DNA of 64,000 nucleotides, taken from NCBI GenBank assembly GCA_964494105.1, contig CAZBQI010000005.1:10646-74645 (forward strand), read 5' to 3'. The translations under genes were made by a program, and so were the position numbers. Under the pieces are notes generated by a model. The model worked only from the letters and a program-made list of their open reading frames with translations. It was not told where the DNA came from and did not search any database. The DNA comes from an uncultured Candidatus Saccharibacteria bacterium (lineage in GTDB: Bacteria > Patescibacteriota > Saccharimonadia > CAZBQI01). How positions within the stretch are numbered: the first letter of the stretch is position 1; every line of letters starts with the position of its first letter. Below are positions 10,222-19,251 of this stretch, piece after piece.

Positions 10222-11817
10222 ATGAATACACCTGCGCGTGAGTCGATATCGCCACTTCTAGATCGTTTACTACGAGACTTAAGTAGCTTGCAGCCACCCA
10301 AGAGCCCTATTGATGAAAACCTTCAGATTAATCCAACAGGAGCTAACGTCTATTTTTACTACGAAAAATTTCGCACCGCATTCGAGTATCGTGAACAGCA
10401 CCTATTTCTACGTAGCGCAATTGCTAGATTCTTAAATCGAAAGCTTCGCTTTTCTAAGCAAAGAGACAATCTCGGCGGAGATTTGCTGGCAGAATTAATA
10501 AAAACTCGTTATATAAAAAACGACACAGTACCAATAAGTTCAATCCATCACATTAATTATCTAATAACTCAATACTTACGTCTCTATAATAAATCACTTG
10601 AAATCGCAAAAGACGGCGAAGAAGAAGACGCGTTATCAGACTACACAATCGAGATAATGTCTTATGACATAGAGCGCATGATTATGCCACATCCTAAAGA
10701 GGAATTATTCGTTAACTTCACCTATGCCGATATGTACTCACGTATCGGAAAGAGTAAATTGCCGGAATATGATGACGAGACATACCACACGGCCTTATAC
10801 GCAAATATTCAACGTCAATTATTAAAGTCAGATATGCCAATTATGCGTTATCATTTGTTTTACCAAAAATACCCAAACTGGAACAAAAATGAAGAAAACC
10901 TACAGAAAGCAGCCAGTAGTTTCTACTTGTTTAACTTATCTATAGAAAAACACTTAACCTCAAAGCTCTCAGCGAAAGTATCGAAAATTGTACGCAAACA
11001 CATGCCACCATTCCGGGTGCTACTAGAAGTAATAATCGATCACGAAAACCCAAAGGAACTACTCCAAGATAGAGATAAGCTCCATGAGCGCATAGAACTA
11101 ATATGCCGCAAACAGTATGCCGCTAGCCATCGCGCACTAAAGAGTAGCATCATCCGTAGTGCCATTTTCATTTTTTTGACTAAAGCTACCCTGGCATTGC
11201 TGATAGAGCTACCCTACGACCGAATTGTCGAGGGCCAAATACACTTAGTGCCTTTAGCAATAAACCTAACTTTTCCAGTCATTTACATGTTACTTCTAGG
11301 TCTAACTATTAAAGTGCCGGGCAAAGACAACACCAAGCGAATGAAGAGCGAAATCGACCGACTTATTCGTGACGAGAGCTTAACCACTAAATACAAAATT
11401 AAGGGTCAACCGGCCAAGACCACTCTAAACACAGCGTTTCGTTATGTTTACCTATTTAGTTTCGTTTTATCGGCCGTTGGCCTTATATCTTTGTTGCGCT
11501 ACATTAACTTCAATGTTGTAGCTGGTCTTTTCTTTTTCGTGTTCTTGAGCACTGTAAGCTTTTTTGGGCTACGCATTTCTCAGTCTGCCAAGGAGCTATT
11601 GGTAATTGACGAAAAACAGGGATTAATTGGTGCAATTATCGACTTTTTATACACCCCATTTATACGAATAGGGCAGTGGCTAAGCGATAAATACAGTCGA
11701 ATTAACCTATTCAATTACGCACTCGATGTTTTCTTGGAACTACCACTTAAAAGCGTCCTACGCGTGTTTGAACAATGGGTTGGATTTATCCGATCAAAAA
11801 GAGACGATTTGCTCTAG
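10222..11817 (+). CDS. Hypothetical protein with a soluble N-terminal domain and a C-terminal multi-TM region
   Basis: 531 aa ORF with TM helices clustered in the last roughly 200 aa; no motif I can name. Confidence 0.45.
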   Translation: MNTPARESISPLLDRLLRDLSSLQPPKSPIDENLQINPTGANVYFYYEKFRTAFEYREQHLFLRSAIARFLNRKLRFSKQRDNLGGDLLAELIKTRYIKNDTVPISSIHHINYLITQYLRLYNKSLEIAKDGEEEDALSDYTIEIMSYDIERMIMPHPKEELFVNFTYADMYSRIGKSKLPEYDDETYHTALYANIQRQLLKSDMPIMRYHLFYQKYPNWNKNEENLQKAASSFYLFNLSIEKHLTSKLSAKVSKIVRKHMPPFRVLLEVIIDHENPKELLQDRDKLHERIELICRKQYAASHRALKSSIIRSAIFIFLTKATLALLIELPYDRIVEGQIHLVPLAINLTFPVIYMLLLGLTIKVPGKDNTKRMKSEIDRLIRDESLTTKYKIKGQPAKTTLNTAFRYVYLFSFVLSAVGLISLLRYINFNVVAGLFFFVFLSTVSFFGLRISQSAKELLVIDEKQGLIGAIIDFLYTPFIRIGQWLSDKYSRINLFNYALDVFLELPLKSVLRVFEQWVGFIRSKRDDLL

Positions 11818-11827
11818 TTAAGACAAG

Positions 11828-12316
11828 TTACTTTATTTCAACAAGTTCAATGTCGAAAACCAAGTCGGAGTTAGGTGGAATATTGGGACTTGGTGAACGC
11901 TCACCATATGCCTGAGCAGCAGGTATTACTAGTCGGCGAATACCCCCAACCTTCATGCCAGGCACTCCGAGCGTCCAGCCTGGAATTACTTGATTTAGGC
12001 CAAAAGTAACTGGCCCGCCATTGTCATGTGAACTTTGAAAGATTGTTCCATCTGTAGCAAGCGCACCGGTGTAGTGCGCGCTAATAGTGGCATTCGGCTG
12101 CACCGTATCACCAGTACCATCTTGGACGTCTTCAATACCAAGACCATCAACTGGTTGGCCTGCCTTAAAGTTCGCTAGCTTGGTGCCTTCTAGTGGGGTT
12201 TTATTATCTGTGCTCATTACCATCATTGTACCTAGCAGAATTGAAATTAGATATAAGTGACCGACAATATACAGTGTAAATTTGGTACAATTTTGGTATG
12301 AGCGAACTAAAAACAA
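11828..12316 (-). CDS. FKBP-type peptidyl-prolyl cis-trans isomerase; start ambiguous (TTG at 12316 or ATG near 12226)
   Basis: FKBP core YTGALATDGTIFQSS ... VIPGWTLGVPGMKVGGIRRLVIPAAQAYGE. The N-terminal hydrophobic stretch could be a signal peptide if the upstream start is real. Confidence 0.85.
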   Translation of the reverse strand: MFLVRSYQNCTKFTLYIVGHLYLISILLGTMMVMSTDNKTPLEGTKLANFKAGQPVDGLGIEDVQDGTGDTVQPNATISAHYTGALATDGTIFQSSHDNGGPVTFGLNQVIPGWTLGVPGMKVGGIRRLVIPAAQAYGERSPSPNIPPNSDLVFDIELVEIK

Positions 12317-12717
12317 GAGTCAGCGATGCCAGCGTGGAAGATTTTATTAAAGCCGTTCCAGACGAGGCAAAGCGAACGGACAGCATAAAACTACTTGAAC
12401 TATTCAAGAAAGTAACCGGCGAGGAACCCAAGATGTGGGGCACAAGCATTATTGGCTTTGGCAAATACCATTACAAGTCAGAGAGAAGCCGACAGGAGGG
12501 TGATTGGCCACTTACTGGGTTTTCGCCACGAAAGCAGAACTTATCGCTTTACATTATGCCCGGTTTCGACGACTACCAAGACCTGCTGAAAGACCTTGGT
12601 AAACATAAAACAAGCGTTGGGTGCTTGTATGTAAACAAGCTGGCTGATGTTGACTTAATAATACTAGAGAAGCTAGTCAAGAAATCTTATCTTGATATGA
12701 AAGAAAAGTACAAATAA
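12298..12717 (+). CDS. DUF1801 (YdhG-like) domain protein
   Basis: 139 aa; DFIKAVPDEAKRTDSIKLLELFKKVTGEEPKMWGTSIIGFGKYHY matches the DUF1801 N-terminal pattern. Confidence 0.65.
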   Translation: MSELKTRVSDASVEDFIKAVPDEAKRTDSIKLLELFKKVTGEEPKMWGTSIIGFGKYHYKSERSRQEGDWPLTGFSPRKQNLSLYIMPGFDDYQDLLKDLGKHKTSVGCLYVNKLADVDLIILEKLVKKSYLDMKEKYK

Positions 12718-12826
12718 TCGTAGCCGTAATAGCTAGCATTTGTTTTTTACTGACTACAACTCGCAAGTTTTGCGCATTGTCATGAGAACATAATTATGAA
12801 TTTTTAAGAAGTAGTCATTTTACTAT

Positions 12827-12855
12827 TTGACTCGCAGTTGAAATTATGTTACAAT
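12827..12855 (+). promoter_or_regulatory. Near-consensus sigma-70 promoter: TTGACT, 17-nt spacer, TACAAT. The -10 ends 7 nt before the ATG at 12863, predicting a leaderless mRNA.
   Basis: Read directly: ttgact cgcagttgaaattatgt tacaat tatcttc ATG. Confidence 0.5.
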
Positions 12856-12862
12856 TATCTTC

Positions 12863-13588
12863 ATGGTTTATGCAAGTCACCGCGCAATGGTTGCTTCATG
12901 CCCTGAGTTATACGAAGGCTTAGAAGCGCCTCCCACCGCAATGAATGAGCTTGTGGTTACTGATGGATTCGTAAAAAAAGTAGGTTTACCTAGCAACGGA
13001 AACTTCGCAAATGAACTTGCAGTTAACGCTGAGATTCAGCCTGTATCAGCATACTCAGACATTATACCAACAATTTATGAGGTAACCTCAGAGACCATTA
13101 CAATGGAGCAAATTGAGGGCGAAACACTTCGTATAGTCTATGATCCCTATGGCACTGTTGTTTCCGAGCACGACCAAAATCTAGCCGTACAACTAAAAAC
13201 GCTTACAGAGCGTTTGACCGCAATCATGGGTGCGAATATTACTTTTATTCACGGAGACTATTCGCCCAACAATATACTGAGGACAGCAACAGGTTTGGTA
13301 GTCATAGATTTTGAAAAATCAACTTTTAGTGAAGGATCTAATCCCTACGTAAACATAGCGCAGTTGCTAACACGGCTATGGTATAACCGGCCATTAATGT
13401 GGCGTCTATTTGAATTACAGCAAGTGGATTCAGATAAAGAAATGCTACGTGATGCGCTTAGACATCATGTAAGTAAAAAATTGTTAAGAGGTGTGTTGCA
13501 TTATGCCAAAGTAAATGGAGATAACCCAGAATTGCTTGTTCAAATTGAGCAGGACATGCAACAGAACCTCGCCACATTAATCGAATAA
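12863..13588 (+). CDS. Phosphotransferase-family protein (APH/choline-kinase/Kdo-kinase-like fold)
   Basis: Brenner motif FIHGDYSPNNIL plus a downstream VIDFEKS block (catalytic-loop and DxE-like regions of the APH family). Confidence 0.55.
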   Translation: MVYASHRAMVASCPELYEGLEAPPTAMNELVVTDGFVKKVGLPSNGNFANELAVNAEIQPVSAYSDIIPTIYEVTSETITMEQIEGETLRIVYDPYGTVVSEHDQNLAVQLKTLTERLTAIMGANITFIHGDYSPNNILRTATGLVVIDFEKSTFSEGSNPYVNIAQLLTRLWYNRPLMWRLFELQQVDSDKEMLRDALRHHVSKKLLRGVLHYAKVNGDNPELLVQIEQDMQQNLATLIE

Positions 13589-13667
13589 ACAAATCTTACA
13601 AAGCTTTATTCGGAGAAATGTATACTACCTATACTGAGCTAGTGTGCAATATTGTCAGACACACTTG

Positions 13668-13967
13668 CTACTTTAGTGGTCTCTTTTTCTTTTCGTATTC
13701 AACAACAACGTAAGAACCCAGTGCAGCCCCGAACGCTACTGGAAGTATGTAAAAGTAATTTGAGACGATAGCAACAACCTATACGGCAAGTGTAGTGTAG
13801 AGAATAAAAGTAACTAATGCAGATCTTAATGACTTATGCTGAGTAAGAGAAAAAGTCAAAGATGTGTCTAGCATTTCAACTAAAAAATAGAAGACGAATA
13901 AACCTAGCGCAAACAGAATACTGAAACTATCTAGCGCTTCGCTCGGTGAGAGAAGTTTGATGTCCAT
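13668..13967 (-). pseudogene. Small membrane-protein ORF interrupted by a single in-frame TAG at 13779-13781
   Basis: The 62-aa ORF (13779..13967) continues in the same frame past the TAG for another 36 hydrophobic codons (VVAIVSNYFYILPVAFGAALGSYVVVEYEKKKRPLK) to a second TAG at 13668. Confidence 0.25.
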
Positions 13968-14049
13968 AAATTCATTATATCAAGGCAACTAACACAGATA
14001 CCGCAGCGTCATTATTCTTATACTGGCTGGTGGGAAAAATTAGCAACTA

Positions 14050-14123
14050 TGGCTTCGGGACTAGGATTCGAACCTAGATTGCTGGGACCAAAACCCAGTG
14101 TCCTACCATTAGACGATCCCGAA
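14050..14123 (-). tRNA. tRNA-Gln (anticodon TTG)
   Basis: The reverse complement folds as a cloverleaf: acceptor TTCGGGA/TCCCGAA, anticodon loop TTTTGGT, T-arm CTAGG-TTCGAAT-CCTAG, encoded CCA. Confidence 0.9.
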
Positions 14124-14239
14124 ATATTTTGTGTCGCCAACTATCTATTGTGCCAGACTATCAGAAAACTCTCTACCTTTAATTGAATATCCGGTTGGTT
14201 ATTTATACTTGTGTAAGCGAGCGTTATAATAGTGTGTAA

Positions 14240-14812
14240 ATGGAACACGAACAAAGTACCGAACAAATAGAAAAACAAGGTAGTTTTGGGGAGCCGACCA
14301 TTCCAAAACCAGTGGAAACACCACCTGAGCCACCAAAGCGCCGCAAACCTAAGCCACTGCGCATAGTTATTACAACCATTGCCCTCGGTGTCTCGTTTGG
14401 AGTTTTTGGTATTGTTATCTACTATCAGTTTTACAACCAAAGAAACCCGGCTAGCTACACGCCTCCTCCGGCTGTTTCACAAATTAGTGAATATCCGGAC
14501 ACCTATAAGCAGGCGAAGTTACCAGAATACCCAAATGCCGAGATTACCAGTTCTGGTCAAAAAACCGCCACACTTAATGACGGCATAAATGTTATTGTGC
14601 GAACTTACGATGACATTCCCACTGTCGCCAGCTTTTACGATAAGGCGCTTGTGGCTAATGACTGGAAACCCGACGATTCTATAACCAGCGATACGGCTGG
14701 AAAGGTTTACTACAAAACTTATATTAAAGGAGATGCTAAGTATACAATTACCGCTACCAGCTCAAATCAAGTCAGTGGCACCGATATTAGCATTAGCTAT
14801 GTAAAAAGGTAG
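14240..14812 (+). CDS. Hypothetical membrane-anchored protein with a Pro-rich linker and extracytoplasmic domain
   Basis: 190 aa; Pro-rich segment PKPVETPPEPPKRRKPKP, one TM helix, C-terminal beta-rich domain. Confidence 0.5.
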   Translation: MEHEQSTEQIEKQGSFGEPTIPKPVETPPEPPKRRKPKPLRIVITTIALGVSFGVFGIVIYYQFYNQRNPASYTPPPAVSQISEYPDTYKQAKLPEYPNAEITSSGQKTATLNDGINVIVRTYDDIPTVASFYDKALVANDWKPDDSITSDTAGKVYYKTYIKGDAKYTITATSSNQVSGTDISISYVKR

Positions 14813-14845
14813 TTGTTATACTGGATAAACACTTTAAAAATTCCA

Positions 14846-14998
14846 AAGTATCTAGAGTGCAGCGAGGGATCTAGCCTTACGACCTGCCGGCAACCAGCGA
14901 ACATGCGGGTGCCAATTCTAGCCCGTAACCAAACGGAAAAGATGCGCAATAAAGATAAAAAGCCGTCCTTTCCGTTAAGTAATAGAAAGGATTTTTTT
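14846..14998 (+). promoter_or_regulatory. SAM-I (S-box) riboswitch leader of metK, aptamer plus terminator expression platform
   Basis: ATCTAGAGTGCAGCGAGGGATCTAGCC...CCGGCAACC...GGGTGCCAATTCTAGC...GAAAAGATGCGC aligns block-for-block with the SAM-I consensus (AUCAAGAGNGGCNGAGGGA / GGCAACC / GGUGCCAAUUCC / GAAAGAUGAG). It is followed by hairpin TCCTTTC..GAAAGGA plus T7. Confidence 0.8.
14966..14998 (+). terminator. Intrinsic terminator of the SAM riboswitch expression platform; it sequesters the metK RBS
   Basis: tcctttc cgttaagtaata gaaagga ttttttt immediately 5' of the ATG at 14999; GAAAGGA doubles as the Shine-Dalgarno. Confidence 0.65.
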
Positions 14999-16102
14999 AT
15001 GCCAACTACAGTTTTTACCAGTGAGTCTGTCTGCGCTGGCCACCCAGATAAACTGTGCGATCAAATTAGCGATGCAATCTTGGACGCTGCAATTGCGCAA
15101 GACTCTTTTGCTCACGTAGCAGTCGAGACACTGGCCGCAAAAGACAGGCTAGTGCTGGCAGGGGAAATCACAACAACCGCCAAGCTAAACATTGAGGCTA
15201 TTGCACGTGAGGAAATTAAACGAATTGGCTACACTGAACCTAAATGGGGCTTTTCACATCATTCACCAATTTCTAACTATCTCCATCAGCAATCACCAGA
15301 AATCGCAGTTGGCGTTAAACTCGATGGAGCAGGTGACCAAGGAATGATGTTTGGTTTTGCTTGCAACGAAACATCCGAGCTAATGCCTGTTCCAATAATG
15401 TTGTCACATGCCTTAACTAAGCGCCTAGATGAAGTGAAAACTAATGAGCTCATGTATTTAAGACCAGATGGTAAAGCCCAAGTTAGCGTAGAGTACACTA
15501 ACGGCAAGCCAACCAGCGTCAAGCAGGCTGTTATTGCCGTACCGCACAGCAAACGAGTCGACCTAAATCAAGTAAAACGTGACGTGATGAATTATGTAGT
15601 TAAGCCGGTTTTGGATAAGTACAAATTTAAAATTAGCCCTAAAGACTTGATAGTAAACGGCACAGGTGTATGGCACATGCCGGGGCCTGCTAGTGACGCC
15701 GGACTAACCGGACGTAAAATTGCCGTTGATAGTTATGGTAGCTACGCCAGCCTTGGCGGAGGAGCATTTAGCGGCAAAGATCCAACTAAGGTTGACCGCT
15801 CCGGTGCATACGGCGCACGCTATGTAGCGAAAAACATAGTAGCTTCCGGACTAGCCAAAAAATGCGAGGTACGAGTGGCATACTACATAGGCGCCCACAA
15901 GCCAACTATGTGTGAAGTAGAAACTTTTGGCACAGAAACAAAAAGTCATCTGGCAATTCATAAATATATTAATAACTTACTCGATTTATCAGTACGTGGG
16001 ATAATCGAAACTCTAGATTTGCGTCGGCCCCTATACAAACGAACTGCTGCTTATGGTCATTTTGGTCGTAACGAATTCCCTTGGGAGCAAATAGCAAGTT
16101 AG
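14999..16102 (+). CDS. metK: S-adenosylmethionine synthetase. True start is the ATG at 14999; the TTG-start extension from 14813 is spurious.
   Basis: FTSESVCAGHPDKLCDQISDAILDA and GAGDQGMMFGFACNET are MetK signatures. The upstream extension is occupied by the riboswitch. Confidence 0.95.
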   Translation: MPTTVFTSESVCAGHPDKLCDQISDAILDAAIAQDSFAHVAVETLAAKDRLVLAGEITTTAKLNIEAIAREEIKRIGYTEPKWGFSHHSPISNYLHQQSPEIAVGVKLDGAGDQGMMFGFACNETSELMPVPIMLSHALTKRLDEVKTNELMYLRPDGKAQVSVEYTNGKPTSVKQAVIAVPHSKRVDLNQVKRDVMNYVVKPVLDKYKFKISPKDLIVNGTGVWHMPGPASDAGLTGRKIAVDSYGSYASLGGGAFSGKDPTKVDRSGAYGARYVAKNIVASGLAKKCEVRVAYYIGAHKPTMCEVETFGTETKSHLAIHKYINNLLDLSVRGIIETLDLRRPLYKRTAAYGHFGRNEFPWEQIAS

Positions 16103-17079
16103 TCTGAGTGTTGACTTTCTTTTTCGCGCCGACGTTCAGCCAGTTCACTTGAACGCGTCTCTGGCTCTAGCTGAATGTGGTAAGCCCCCGGCACTGCCTG
16201 TTTAATACTAGCTTTTATTTCATCTATTATTTCTTCAATTGAGTCTGTGTTAAGTCCGTCTTTAAAGTGTACATCTAGATTTATTAAGTATTTTTCTGGA
16301 CCAATAATCATTGTCCGTAAATCCGGAATATCTATAACAGCCGAGTGCGAAAGAGCTACTCTCTTAATTTTGGCTCTAATCGCAGGTGGTGCGCTGTGCC
16401 CAGTAATAAGATCTTTGATGCTTATCAAAAGAATGAATGCCAGCACTGCAAGCATGCATCCGATTAGAACGGCACCAATCCCATCAAAGCGTTGAATACC
16501 TGTAACCTGGTAGAGTATTAAGGCAACTAAACCAAGAGCCGCCGACATTGAGCCCATTAGGTCTAATACGTAAGTAATCTTAGTGGCAATATGCTGTGAT
16601 TTGAAGAATGCTTTCCAGATTTGTCTTAGCTTTTTGCCATCTAGAATTTTTACTGCACTCAAACGAAATGCATATAGGTTTGTACTCATCGCAATTATTA
16701 ACACAGCATACGCAATGTATAGGTGATTAATTGGTTCTGGATTTACAATATTCTGCCAACCAAAATAAATTGAAAAACTTGCTGTTATGGAAAAGATAAT
16801 GAAGGCCGAAATAAGTGCCCAAAAATAAAGCTCTTTTCCGTAGCCGAATGGATGATCAAGCGTAGAGTGTTTTTTCGCCCGCTTATGTCCAAGCATGAGC
16901 AAACAGACAGATGTAAAATCGGCAAAACCCTGCATAGCCTCGGCAAGCATAACAGTACTGCCGGTAAACACTGCTACGACAATATTCATTACTACGTCAC
17001 TTATGTCTACCAGGAGGGTAGTTATAAGCGTGCGGCTGGTAGATATTCCTGCAGTATTATCGGTAGTCATTTTGTTCAA
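16099..17079 (-). CDS. Cation diffusion facilitator (CDF) family metal efflux transporter
   Basis: 326 aa, six TM helices plus a C-terminal cytoplasmic domain; overlaps the metK stop. Confidence 0.75.
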   Translation of the reverse strand: MNKMTTDNTAGISTSRTLITTLLVDISDVVMNIVVAVFTGSTVMLAEAMQGFADFTSVCLLMLGHKRAKKHSTLDHPFGYGKELYFWALISAFIIFSITASFSIYFGWQNIVNPEPINHLYIAYAVLIIAMSTNLYAFRLSAVKILDGKKLRQIWKAFFKSQHIATKITYVLDLMGSMSAALGLVALILYQVTGIQRFDGIGAVLIGCMLAVLAFILLISIKDLITGHSAPPAIRAKIKRVALSHSAVIDIPDLRTMIIGPEKYLINLDVHFKDGLNTDSIEEIIDEIKASIKQAVPGAYHIQLEPETRSSELAERRREKESQHSD

Positions 17080-17109
17080 GTTAAGTATAGCAATACCATT
17101 ATGGCTTTG

Positions 17110-18528
17110 CTAAGTATTCCGATAGCGAACTACCAGATCTTTGGCATCATTAATCGATTTTACCAGCCCTTTATCGTAAGCATTATTAAGCAAAGTTAGA
17201 ATCCCACCGAGCTCTTTGCCATCAACATAACCAAACTCGTGCTTAAGCCAGGTCCCGTCAACCCCAAATTCTTTTTTTAAAGTTGGTTGTGGGTTCGAAC
17301 GTTGTGCTTGGAATTCCTTCCACATTGCTGTAATTTCGCTAAATTCGGGGATAGTCTTATGTAATTTGCCCTCTGCGCTGTAAGACCAACTGGCGTGAGC
17401 ATCAGCTTTATGAAGCTCCAGTAAATCGCTAAAGGCATTATTGCTCATCATACTTCGTTGGTGTGCCGGTGTCATCTTAGGTAAATCATCTATGCCTAAA
17501 TGGTATTCAATCATCCAGCAAACCTCTGCGGTAAAGACTTTTGAAAATTTGAGCCGAACAAGCAGATTTTTGGCAATGTTCGCTCCAACCCGAAAATGAT
17601 CGTTGAATCTTATCCTGTCATTACTGGCCTGTGGCAGCTTAAGAGTGGGTGGTTTCCCGATGTCGTGCAAGAGAGTAGCCCACACTAAGCGAAGCGAGGC
17701 GTCAGCTGGCAACGAGTCCAGAGCTAGCACGGTGTGAGTAAACACGTCTCCTTCAGCGTGCATATCTTTTGGTTGTGCAACACCCTTGCCAGCCACAACT
17801 TCTGGTAAGATGTCTTTTAACGCTCCAATTTGATCCAGCATATCTATTAACTTGCGCTTTTTGGGAAGTAGAAGCATTAGATTAAGCTCCTGACGCAGTC
17901 GGTCAGTTGCAATTTGCGCTAAAACACCATTTTTTATGGCACTTTTTATGGCTTCGCCTGTAGTTGCAGTAAAATTAAAATTAAGCTGATGCACAAATCT
18001 TATTCCACGCATTACGCGAAGTGGGTCCTCCTGTATTCGTGTCGTTGGGTCACCGATAAAGCGAACTAATTTCTTGTCTAGGTCTTTTAGTCCTTCGACT
18101 TCGTCCAGTAAGTAGCTATTTTGGGGGTCTAACGCCAGTGCATTGATTGTAAAATCTCGGCGTTTCAAATCATCTTCGATATGAGCGAACTCTACTTTCG
18201 TCAGACTTCTCCCCAGGTGCGCTTCAATATCTCTTCTATAGGTAGTAATCTCGAGCTTTATTCTGCTTCCACCCCGAACTCTTATTTTTACTAATGTGAC
18301 ACCAAAAGCCTGCGCAGGATGAACCGGCTTGACGTCTTCAAACTCTTGAACTTTTGCTATTTCTTCCGGTGTAGCATTGGTTACAAGATCGAAATCTTTC
18401 GGATCTAGTCCAAGTAGAATATCTCTGACTGCGCCACCGATTATATAGCTTTCAAAGCCAGCCGTACTTAAAGCCTTGGCAGCTAAACTAGCTGCTTCTA
18501 GCTCTGATGAATCTGATGATGCTACCAT
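17110..18528 (-). CDS. cca: CCA-adding enzyme / tRNA nucleotidyltransferase with HD domain
   Basis: Pol-beta head motif YIIGGAVRDILLGLDPKDFDLVT and HD motif LLHDIGKP. Confidence 0.85.
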   Translation of the reverse strand: MVASSDSSELEAASLAAKALSTAGFESYIIGGAVRDILLGLDPKDFDLVTNATPEEIAKVQEFEDVKPVHPAQAFGVTLVKIRVRGGSRIKLEITTYRRDIEAHLGRSLTKVEFAHIEDDLKRRDFTINALALDPQNSYLLDEVEGLKDLDKKLVRFIGDPTTRIQEDPLRVMRGIRFVHQLNFNFTATTGEAIKSAIKNGVLAQIATDRLRQELNLMLLLPKKRKLIDMLDQIGALKDILPEVVAGKGVAQPKDMHAEGDVFTHTVLALDSLPADASLRLVWATLLHDIGKPPTLKLPQASNDRIRFNDHFRVGANIAKNLLVRLKFSKVFTAEVCWMIEYHLGIDDLPKMTPAHQRSMMSNNAFSDLLELHKADAHASWSYSAEGKLHKTIPEFSEITAMWKEFQAQRSNPQPTLKKEFGVDGTWLKHEFGYVDGKELGGILTLLNNAYDKGLVKSINDAKDLVVRYRNT

Positions 18529-18564
18529 AAGGATTATTGTAACTTATCTGTCATAATTGGTTTA

Positions 18565-19242
18565 ATGAAAATAATTCATTCAAGCAACTGCGCAAAGGCA
18601 GAAGAAGCAATTATATCTAGAGTTCTTACGAGTCTGACTAACGCCATACAGAGGTGCGATGAGATCTTATGGCTACTTTCGGGCGGGTCGGCCATAAACA
18701 TAGAAGCCAAAGTTGCCTCGCTGCTATCCTTGAGTCAAAAAAAGCATATATCACTTGGTCAGATTGACGAAAGGTTTGTGCCTATTGGGTCGACTGAGCA
18801 CAATTGGCAACAGTTAATTAAGTCCGGGCTAAAGCCCGAGGACTTTTCGGCTGCTTGGCCGATATTACAGCCAGCTATGTCAATTGAAGAATGTGCCAGA
18901 AATTACCAAAAGATACTTGCGCAAGCATTTACTGAATGCAACTTCGCCTTAGGCATATATGGCATTGGGGCAGATGGACATACCGCAGGCATAAAACCGA
19001 CAAACACCCAGTCCGACTTTAAACGATACACCGGAACCAGTTTAGTAACAGCCTATTCAGGAGCAGACTTCCAGCGCATCACAACCACCGCTTCCGTCAT
19101 TAAGAAACTTGATGAGATTGATATTTATTGTTGCGGCGCCAACAAGACAGAAACGATAGAAGCACTTAAGACCGCAATTGCAAACCATAAAATGCCAGCG
19201 CAATTATTAAAAAAGGGTAAAAACGTAGTAATCTTTACATAA
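18565..19242 (+). CDS. pgl: 6-phosphogluconolactonase
   Basis: LLSGGS and GIGADGHTAG motifs of the Pgl/NagB fold; sits upstream of gnd and zwf. Confidence 0.7.
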   Translation: MKIIHSSNCAKAEEAIISRVLTSLTNAIQRCDEILWLLSGGSAINIEAKVASLLSLSQKKHISLGQIDERFVPIGSTEHNWQQLIKSGLKPEDFSAAWPILQPAMSIEECARNYQKILAQAFTECNFALGIYGIGADGHTAGIKPTNTQSDFKRYTGTSLVTAYSGADFQRITTTASVIKKLDEIDIYCCGANKTETIEALKTAIANHKMPAQLLKKGKNVVIFT

Positions 19243-19251
19243 AGGAGAAAC

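Noticed and set aside
14813-14998. TTG-initiated N-terminal extension of metK proposed by the ORF track
   Set aside because: The region is a SAM-I riboswitch plus terminator. A strong RBS (GAAAGGA) sits immediately upstream of the ATG at 14999, which begins the conserved MetK N-terminus.
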